DNA of 32,000 bases from Caedibacter taeniospiralis. Its GTDB lineage: Bacteria > Pseudomonadota > Gammaproteobacteria > Francisellales > Francisellaceae. The stretch lies in contig NZ_PGGB02000002.1 in NCBI RefSeq assembly GCF_002803295.2, forward strand, positions 5,099 to 37,098, in the 5' to 3' direction. This document shows positions 25,821 to 32,000 of this stretch, one piece after another. How positions within the stretch are numbered: the stretch's first letter is position 1; every line of letters begins with the position of its first letter. Position numbers and translations under genes: made by a program. Under the pieces are notes generated by a model, which did not search any database, was not told the DNA's origin, and saw nothing but the letters and a program-made list of their open reading frames with translations.

Positions 25821-26513
25821 ATGGCAGTAAAGATAGAGAAAAAGATCACTGGGTTTAATATTGTAAAAGCGAATGAGAAGTTGCTGGATGCCGCAACAAA
25901 GCCAGTTAAAAAAGAAAAAACGCATCTACAGATGAGTGAGAGTGTTAAGCGCCCTGAGTCACTTACGGGAGAAACCTATAAAATTAAGCCGCCTCAGGCT
26001 GAGCATGCTTTATATGTGACTATTAATGATATTGTATTAAATGAGGGAACTGAGCATGAGGTGCGTCGACCTTTTGAGATTTTCTTAAGCTCAAAAAATA
26101 TGGAGCACTTTCAGTGGACCATTGCTTTAACACTCATTATTTCAGCGGTGTTTCGCAAAGGCGGCGATGTTACTTTCCTGGTTGAAGAGTTAAGATCAGT
26201 ATTTGATCCAAATGGTGGTTATTTAAGGCGTGGTGGTAAATACGTCCCCTCGCTTGTTTCAGAAATAGGGGATGTGATCGAAAAGCATCTTAAAAAGATT
26301 GGCATGTTACCACAGGATGACTTGGATGAAACACAAAAACTCTATATTGCAGCTAAGCGTCAAGAGCTTGATGAGCGTCAACAGCCAAGTAATGATACAA
26401 GCAATAGTTTTCCGCTTGAGTCACAATTATGTGTCAAATGTAGCACCAAAGCCATGGTGAGAATGGATAACTGTTTGACCTGTCTTAATTGCGGTTATTC
26501 CAAGTGCGGTTGA
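25821..26513 (+). CDS. nrdJ: Class II ribonucleotide reductase C-terminal fragment (NrdJb-like, TSCPD-type domain with Cys-rich tail), 230 aa
   Basis: …RPESLTGETYKIK…ALYVTIND…RPFEIFLSSKNMEHFQWTIALTLIISAVFRKGG…V.ELRSVFDP.GGY… and a C-terminal CVKCSTKAMVRMDNCLTCLNCGYSKCG. This corresponds to the C-terminal region of unsplit NrdJ, and to NrdJb of Pseudomonas aeruginosa, where the enzyme is also split. Confidence 0.8.
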   Translation: MAVKIEKKITGFNIVKANEKLLDAATKPVKKEKTHLQMSESVKRPESLTGETYKIKPPQAEHALYVTINDIVLNEGTEHEVRRPFEIFLSSKNMEHFQWTIALTLIISAVFRKGGDVTFLVEELRSVFDPNGGYLRRGGKYVPSLVSEIGDVIEKHLKKIGMLPQDDLDETQKLYIAAKRQELDERQQPSNDTSNSFPLESQLCVKCSTKAMVRMDNCLTCLNCGYSKCG

Positions 26514-26670
26514 GTTTTTAGCTATTAGGACTCTAGGTTGGAGTGATAACTCCAGTAATAAATTGGCTGTAAAGCGCTAAAAACCATGATATTTTTGATT
26601 GACGATTAGGCGTTGTTTTGCGATGATGCCCACTTATTTTGCATATCAATACCCGAAAAAAGTTAAATTC

Positions 26671-27255
26671 ATGAAATGCTATGTGTTATGTGCTGCTTTA
26701 CTGGCTGCCAGCAGCTTAAGTCCTGCCTACGCTGATAATTCGCAGGATGCCGTTATTGGTCCTGAATCTTCAAAAAATCAAGCAACCGTTACGAACGCCT
26801 CAGCAGCAGGCACGGCAGAAGAGCAAAAAAAAAATCAGAGTTTTTGGCAGTTTTTAGAAGGAACACAGCCTGAAAATGCGGTTTACTTAGGGATGCTAAC
26901 CTGGCATTTTAACCCTGAAAGCCGAAAGGATGATCGTCGGTCGAATAATCTGATAGGTGGGGTTTATCAAAGTATTTTCGTTGGTACTCTACTCAATTCA
27001 TTCAGTGATCGCGCGTTTGTAGTCGGGGTGCAACGTAATCTGTACACCAACCAATTATCACAAAATAACCAGGTCAATGTTGGCTACCGCTTAGGGCTTA
27101 TATCTGGTTACGATGAACGGATGTCCGATATTGCCAAATATTTGCCTGTATTGCCTATTCCTGAGCTTTATGTTGATTATGCGTATAAGAACGTTGGCGC
27201 TGAATTGTCTTATATTGGGGTGGTATTTACTGCCAAGTTTTTTGTACGGTTTTAA
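26671..27255 (+). CDS. pagP: PagP-like outer-membrane lipid A palmitoyltransferase (Legionella Rcp-like), ~194 aa
   Basis: The signal peptide is MKCYVLCAALLAASSLSPAYA. …VYLGMLTWHFNPESRKDDRRSNN..GG… parallels E. coli PagP (…[30 protein letters not shown]…). …LPVLPIPELYVDY…FFVRF parallels …LPVLLPLASVGY…WMRFQF, with a terminal aromatic residue typical of beta-barrel OMPs. The start was chosen at the ATG preceding the signal peptide. Confidence 0.65.
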   Translation: MKCYVLCAALLAASSLSPAYADNSQDAVIGPESSKNQATVTNASAAGTAEEQKKNQSFWQFLEGTQPENAVYLGMLTWHFNPESRKDDRRSNNLIGGVYQSIFVGTLLNSFSDRAFVVGVQRNLYTNQLSQNNQVNVGYRLGLISGYDERMSDIAKYLPVLPIPELYVDYAYKNVGAELSYIGVVFTAKFFVRF

Positions 27256-27353
27256 AGTAGATATTGCTACCAGACCAAAAATGACATGTCTTTAGCGTGA
27301 AAACATGGTAGGCTTTTTGGCAGTAGCAAAAGTGTGGTAATAACACGTACCCA

Positions 27354-28403
27354 ATGATAGAAACAGATCGCATTATTTCGGGAAATAAACAAAAAGAAGA
27401 TCAGCAGATTGATCGTGCTATTCGCCCCAAATTACTTCAGGATTATCATGGTCAGCCTGTTGTTAAAGAACAGATGGAAATTTTTATTGAAGCGGCAAAA
27501 AAGCGTAAGGAAGCTTTAGATCATGTACTCATCTTCGGTCCCCCGGGTCTTGGCAAAACAACGCTGTCACATATCATTGCCAATGAAATGAATGTCTCAT
27601 TAAAGCAGACTTCGGGTCCTGTATTAGAAAAAGCAGGTGACTTGGCTGCACTTTTAACCAATCTGGAAGCCAATGATGTGCTTTTTATTGATGAGATACA
27701 TCGCTTAAGTCCTGTGGTGGAGGAAGTGCTTTATCCTGCGATGGAGGATTATCAACTGGATATTATGATCGGTGAAGGGCCTGCGGCGCGTTCAATTAAA
27801 ATTGACTTGCCACCGTTTACGCTTGTGGGGGCAACGACAAGAGCGGGGCTTTTGACCTCTCCCCTTCGGGATCGCTTTGGTATCGTACAACGTTTAGAGT
27901 TTTATTCAGTTGCTGATTTAACGGATATTGTGATGCGCTCAGCCAAGCTCTTGAATGTCAATATTGAGGTCTCAGGCGCCAAAGAAATTGCTAAGCGCGC
28001 GCGCGGAACACCAAGGATTGCCAATCGTTTGCTAAGACGCGTGCGGGATTATGCCGAAGTAAAAGCGCAAGGGGTCGTTGATCATAAGGTTGCGGATAGG
28101 GCGCTTTCTCTTATTAATGTCGATCCTGTTGGCTTTGACCATATGGATAGGCGTTATCTATTAAACTTGATTGATAAATTTTCAGGTGGTCCTGTGGGTT
28201 TAGATACCATTGCTGCATCGATCTCAGAAGAGCGCGGTACCATTGAAGATATGATAGAGCCTTATTTGATTCAACAGGGTTATATTATGCGCACCGCGAG
28301 AGGACGCGTGGCAACACACCATGCGTATCGTCATTTTGATGTGCAAATGCCAGAAAAGCTGGCAGATTATCAGGAGCTATCACCTGATAGCAAGCTTCAA
28401 TAA
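27354..28403 (+). CDS. ruvB: Holliday junction branch migration helicase RuvB, 349 aa
   Basis: …[39 protein letters not shown]… The Walker B is LFIDEIHRL. It also has …[37 protein letters not shown]… and …[15 protein letters not shown]. Confidence 0.96.
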   Translation: MIETDRIISGNKQKEDQQIDRAIRPKLLQDYHGQPVVKEQMEIFIEAAKKRKEALDHVLIFGPPGLGKTTLSHIIANEMNVSLKQTSGPVLEKAGDLAALLTNLEANDVLFIDEIHRLSPVVEEVLYPAMEDYQLDIMIGEGPAARSIKIDLPPFTLVGATTRAGLLTSPLRDRFGIVQRLEFYSVADLTDIVMRSAKLLNVNIEVSGAKEIAKRARGTPRIANRLLRRVRDYAEVKAQGVVDHKVADRALSLINVDPVGFDHMDRRYLLNLIDKFSGGPVGLDTIAASISEERGTIEDMIEPYLIQQGYIMRTARGRVATHHAYRHFDVQMPEKLADYQELSPDSKLQ

Positions 28404-28414
28404 AGGGGGGTATT

Positions 28415-29359
28415 TTGGGAATTATTATAGGAATTATTTCAGGTATGCTTTGGGGCTTAAATGATGTTTTAACTAACGTTTACTCCGAACAGGGTTTATT
28501 TAGTAGTGCAACCTTTGCGGTACTGGTCTTTGCCCTGGTGCTATCCTTAATGCAGGATGGTTTTTCGTGTGCTGGAATATATACCTACCATCACGTAAGG
28601 GGCAGCTTCAAAGAGAATCTTGCTAAAACGCGACATAAAAATTTTTGGCCACTTGTTGTTGCCGCTATTTGCGCGGGTCCCTTGGGGATGGTGACAGGAA
28701 TCATGGGCATTGCCTATGCAGGACCTGTTTATGCAGGTGTGGTGACTTCCTGTTATCCAGTGGTTGCATTACTCCTTGCGATGACATTGTTGCGTGAAAA
28801 AGCGACAAAGCTAAAAATACTGGGCATCGTTTTAACCGTTATTGGGGTAATGTTTATTTCGATTACGGGTGTTCGTTCAGGGGCGGAGCATATCGTCATA
28901 GGTTTGATATTTGCCAGTTGCGCGATGCTTGGCTGGGGGGCTGAATCCATTTTGTTTTCTATCGCGCAAAAAACCACAACGCAGGATGTATCCTGGCTTT
29001 TAGCGATTCGCCAAAGTGTCTCGTCTTTAAGTTACCTGGTGATTTTGAGTTTTTTACTGCTATTTGACTATCAACAAACCTGGCAGGTAATAAGCCAGTT
29101 ATTTTTACCTTTGCTCATTGTGGGGTGTGTGTTATCGGCCTCAAGCTCGTATCTTGCGTATTACCATGCCATTAAGCGCATTGGCGCGAGTTTAGGAACG
29201 ACATTTAATGCCAGCTTTATCTTTTGGGCAGGAATCTTTAGTGTGATGTTTAATATTACAGAGGTACAACGGTCGTTTATTCTGTGGAGTATTGTATTGA
29301 TCTTCGGCATTTACTTTGCCTCAAAAGGAAATAAAAATTTCGCTCAGGTGGCTTGTTAG
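28415..29359 (+). CDS. DMT-superfamily (EamA-like) integral membrane transporter, ~304-314 aa
   Basis: It has about ten predicted hydrophobic helices in a duplicated 5+5 arrangement. The start is uncertain: TTG at 28415 or ATG at 28445. The substrate cannot be inferred. Confidence 0.55.
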   Translation: MGIIIGIISGMLWGLNDVLTNVYSEQGLFSSATFAVLVFALVLSLMQDGFSCAGIYTYHHVRGSFKENLAKTRHKNFWPLVVAAICAGPLGMVTGIMGIAYAGPVYAGVVTSCYPVVALLLAMTLLREKATKLKILGIVLTVIGVMFISITGVRSGAEHIVIGLIFASCAMLGWGAESILFSIAQKTTTQDVSWLLAIRQSVSSLSYLVILSFLLLFDYQQTWQVISQLFLPLLIVGCVLSASSSYLAYYHAIKRIGASLGTTFNASFIFWAGIFSVMFNITEVQRSFILWSIVLIFGIYFASKGNKNFAQVAC

Positions 29360-29478
29360 GCTGGGCTTTAAAAAGCTATATAAGGTATCTGGCATGAAAG
29401 AGCAGGAAAATTTAATTTTTATCTTAAAGAGGCTTCAGGTATTTATTTACCATGAGAAAGAGATAGCGGAGTGGCAAT

Positions 29479-30327
29479 ATGCAGGCATTAGTTAATTTAC
29501 TTAGACGCAGCAAGATCATTTTAGGAATGATCGCGCTGCTTCTTATCGGGTATGGCATCTATTTCTTTTTTGCCTTTTCCATCACTACAGACAATGCCTA
29601 TGTGATGGCAAATATTCAACCTGTGGCAGCAGAAGTTTCAGGAAAAGTGGATGGCGTGTATGTGCAGAATAATGAATGGGTGAAAAAGGGGGTATTATTA
29701 TTTTCATTGGATGCCAAGGCTTATGAAATAAGGCTTAAACAAGCAAAGCTAAGCTTGGAATCTGTTCAATTACAACTGACAGAGGCTGAAAATATATTAG
29801 CAGCGTTTAAGCAACAGAATATGATAAGGCGCTATGAGCTGCAGCTAGCAGTAGACAAAATGAGGGTAGAACGAGCACAGGCTCAGTTAAGTGTTGAAAT
29901 TGCTCAATCACAATTACAGGCAACTCAAGTCTACGCACAAGCAGATGGTGTCATCAGTAATTTAACGCTTACCAAAGGAGCTTTTGTGCAAGCCTATCAA
30001 CCCCTGTTTGCATTTATTCATACCGATAAGTGGTGGATAGAGGCAAACTTTAAGGAAACAGACTTAGCCAGCATCAAAAAAGGAGATAAGGCAAAGATTC
30101 GTCTGCGCATGTATTTGGGGAAGAAAGCATATATAGGAGTCGTTCAAGATACTAACTGGGCGGTCGGTAGAAGCAAGACGGATACAAACACCTTATTGCA
30201 ACAGGTTCCCCAGGAAAACCAGTGGCTATTATTACCTCAACGTTTTCCTGTGCTTATTGAAATAAAAGATCCTGATCCAAATTTCCCACTACATGTTGGG
30301 GCCAGCGCCTATGTTACGATTGAATAA
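29479..30327 (+). CDS. HlyD-family membrane fusion protein (AaeA/EmrA-like efflux adaptor), 282 aa
   Basis: It has an N-terminal TM anchor. …TDNAYV.ANI..VAAEVSGKV..VYVQNN..VKKG..LF.LD… is a lipoyl-like domain. A coiled-coil hairpin follows, then …A.ADGVISNL…G..V… and a C-terminal beta barrel. A GGAG RBS lies upstream. Confidence 0.85.
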   Translation: MQALVNLLRRSKIILGMIALLLIGYGIYFFFAFSITTDNAYVMANIQPVAAEVSGKVDGVYVQNNEWVKKGVLLFSLDAKAYEIRLKQAKLSLESVQLQLTEAENILAAFKQQNMIRRYELQLAVDKMRVERAQAQLSVEIAQSQLQATQVYAQADGVISNLTLTKGAFVQAYQPLFAFIHTDKWWIEANFKETDLASIKKGDKAKIRLRMYLGKKAYIGVVQDTNWAVGRSKTDTNTLLQQVPQENQWLLLPQRFPVLIEIKDPDPNFPLHVGASAYVTIE

Positions 30328-31318
30328 AAGCAAGAAAAGCGCCTACTATGGTCTCGCACAAGATCCTTATTTGGAGATTGCTTATCATGTAATGGTGAGT
30401 TTGCTGGCATTTTGCATACTCCTACTGGGGTATCTGTTTTTTCAATGGCCTGATTTTCTTATTTTTTTGATCATTAGTGTTTTGCTTATTTTTATCAGCG
30501 CTTTTCCATTGGGGCAATCACGATGGGGACAAATTAAGGCTGTTTTAATGATAAGTGCTGGCTTGTGGATATCCTTTGTTGGCGTTTTTGTTAATGCCGA
30601 GTCAAAGCTCCTGACGATTGCATGGGTTTTCTGCTACAGCTTAGGCTGCTATATCATCAGTCTACGAAACAATAACTTGAGACTATATCTGGGGTTAAGC
30701 ATTGTTTTTCTGCCTATTTACATTCATTTGCTGGCTGATGCAACCCTGCTGTCACCGATAAATAGCAGTGAGTTATTGATCAACTATTCATCTGGATTTG
30801 CCATTTGTGCATTGTATGCGCTGATCGTTGCACTTCTTGCGCCAAGAAGATCAAAAGCTAAAGTATTGCTCGCGATGACAGCGTATATTTATGCGCTAAG
30901 ACGCGTGCTGTTAAGTGAAAACAAACACGAATATCGCGACAATCTTTATGATATGTACAGTCATTTATATTATCTTCGCGAGCAAAGGGATCAATACCAT
31001 CAACGATTTGATCAAGATTTCCTGTTGATGATGAGTTCATATATTGATGTGATATACCAGATTGGGATGACTTACGCTTATGTTTTAAATAATCCTGAGG
31101 TGAAACTACCTTTCTATCAGGCAAGCATATGGATTGATAGGCTTTTAGCTGAGAAAGAGTGGTCTATGCAGGAAGGGTTAATCAAGGAGCAGAAGGATTG
31201 GGCACAGGTTATTGAATCCCCTCTATTAAAGGATGCCTTAACGAAAATTGAGGCATCTGTTGTTAGGCTTGTGCCAATTTATCAGGAAATTAAAAAACTC
31301 AGGAAAAAATATGCTTAG
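30311..31318 (+). CDS. Integral membrane protein, possibly the N-terminal-half equivalent of a FUSC/AaeB-type efflux protein, ~335 aa
   Basis: It has about six hydrophobic helices followed by a ~150-aa helical soluble region. It overlaps the HlyD stop and the downstream FUSC-like start (ATGCTTAG). The assignment rests on context and topology only, and the start is uncertain (30293, 30311 or 30392). Confidence 0.45.
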   Translation: MLRLNKSKKSAYYGLAQDPYLEIAYHVMVSLLAFCILLLGYLFFQWPDFLIFLIISVLLIFISAFPLGQSRWGQIKAVLMISAGLWISFVGVFVNAESKLLTIAWVFCYSLGCYIISLRNNNLRLYLGLSIVFLPIYIHLLADATLLSPINSSELLINYSSGFAICALYALIVALLAPRRSKAKVLLAMTAYIYALRRVLLSENKHEYRDNLYDMYSHLYYLREQRDQYHQRFDQDFLLMMSSYIDVIYQIGMTYAYVLNNPEVKLPFYQASIWIDRLLAEKEWSMQEGLIKEQKDWAQVIESPLLKDALTKIEASVVRLVPIYQEIKKLRKKYA

Positions 31319-31964
31319 TGTAATCGATCGGTTAACGCTTTATCGCGCCGTTAGAATATCATTGATGCTAAGTGCTGCAGTGACACTGTGGCTTGTGGCT
31401 GATATCGAACGCGGTTATTGGATTGCGATGACCTTAATGATTATTTACATGCCATTTGAGCCTGGACTTGTCAATAATCGTATTAAAATGCGCTTACTTG
31501 GTACGCTCGCAGGTTTGTTATTTGGTTTTTTGCTGATTGAATTAATGCGAGCACATCAGTTATGGCTGGCAACTATTCCACTGCTAATTTTATTTGCGTT
31601 GTATTTTTCGATTGTGCATTACATGTATGCGACTGTGTTTATTACCATCGGCGTCATGGTGATGTTTTCGATGCTTGATACAGGAGGGATGTCGCCTGCG
31701 ACTTTTATGCTGGCACGTTTTATTGACACATTCATTGCCTGCGTTTTGTGTTTTATTGCTGAAGTTTTTTTTCGTCCGAAAAAAATGATCGCACATGCCA
31801 TTATAAAGGATCTTGAAGATATATTGACTGCATACGCTAAGCACTTTGATATCATGTATAACGCCTTTATGAACCAGAAGTTTTACCAGATCTCTATTGA
31901 GGAGTCGACAAAATTTAATAACAGCCGCTGCGAGCCATGGAGAGCGGAACGCGAGGGCGAGTAG
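31311..31964 (+). CDS. FUSC-family (fusaric-acid-resistance/AaeB-like) membrane protein, apparently truncated, 217 aa
   Basis: …ERGYWIAMTLMIIYMPFEPGLVNNRIKMRLLGTLAGLLFG… is the FUSC signature (GYWA..T…QP..G…R…R..GT..G). An AGGAAA RBS lies 5 nt upstream. The ORF ends inside a GC-rich stretch (31920 onward) that looks compositionally foreign. Confidence 0.65.
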   Translation: MLSVIDRLTLYRAVRISLMLSAAVTLWLVADIERGYWIAMTLMIIYMPFEPGLVNNRIKMRLLGTLAGLLFGFLLIELMRAHQLWLATIPLLILFALYFSIVHYMYATVFITIGVMVMFSMLDTGGMSPATFMLARFIDTFIACVLCFIAEVFFRPKKMIAHAIIKDLEDILTAYAKHFDIMYNAFMNQKFYQISIEESTKFNNSRCEPWRAEREGE

Positions 31965-32000
31965 ACCCGGGTAGCCTTGCGCTGTTGATCAGCAAGCGAC

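Noticed and set aside
29394-29495. 33-aa ORF (MKEQENLIFILKRLQVFIYHEKEIAEWQYAGIS) upstream of and overlapping the HlyD start, considered as an AaeX-like small subunit.
   Set aside because: AaeX/DUF1656 proteins are ~65 aa and strongly hydrophobic with two TM helices. This peptide is short and hydrophilic and has only a weak RBS, so the evidence is insufficient.
31955-32000. The last ~45 nt (…acccgggtagccttgcgctgttgatcagcaagc…) resemble a conserved stretch of RNase P RNA (…GAACCCGGGUAGGCUGCUUGAGCCAGUGAGCGAUUGCUGG…).
   Set aside because: In rnpB that stretch lies ~290 nt from the 5' end. Here the preceding 290 nt are AT-rich FUSC coding sequence with none of the other RNase P conserved regions (for example GGAAAGUCCGG). 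The similarity is short and probably fortuitous.
1-32000. I scanned for CRISPR arrays, rRNA genes, transposases, integrases and prophage genes, including integration next to the tRNA Gly-Cys-Leu cluster.
   Set aside because: I found no regularly spaced direct repeats, no rRNA-like sequence, and no ORF with transposase, integrase or phage motifs. The tRNA-Leu 3' flank runs directly into rsfS, and I could see no duplicated tRNA 3' end.

Overview
This is an AT-rich chromosomal segment of about 40% GC by eye. Gene content and protein sequences point to a gammaproteobacterium and look Legionellales-like, but that placement is inference only. Most of the window is housekeeping: htpG (3' part), a P-II protein, ubiK, comM, an lpxL-family acyltransferase, hemE, hslVU, a tRNA Gly-Cys-Leu cluster, rsfS, prs, rplY, glyS, mfd, ruvB, a PagP-like outer-membrane protein, a DMT transporter and a HlyD/FUSC efflux locus. 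Accessory or unusual content sits between these genes. (1) A split class II (B12-dependent) ribonucleotide reductase, nrdJa/nrdJb, is separated by a tightly packed two-gene cassette: a BamHI/BglII/BstYI-like nuclease followed by an MT-A70 (DPPW) methyltransferase, with all four genes apparently in one operon. This is the most interesting locus. (2) There are two type II toxin-antitoxin modules, yefM-yoeB and mazEF-like. The mazEF-like module is bracketed by REP/MITE-like palindromic repeats. (3) A 162-bp MITE-like palindromic element lies after lpxL, and a deletion-derivative copy lies after mfd. (4) Two metabolic genes, NAD-malic enzyme and ROK fructokinase, are each interrupted by a single frameshift. 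(5) There are several synteny breaks: glyS without glyQ, ruvB without ruvA, and an SDR gene remnant next to nrdJa. I saw no rRNA, CRISPR array, transposase or integrase. All homology calls come from reading the translations and recognising motifs; no database search was run.
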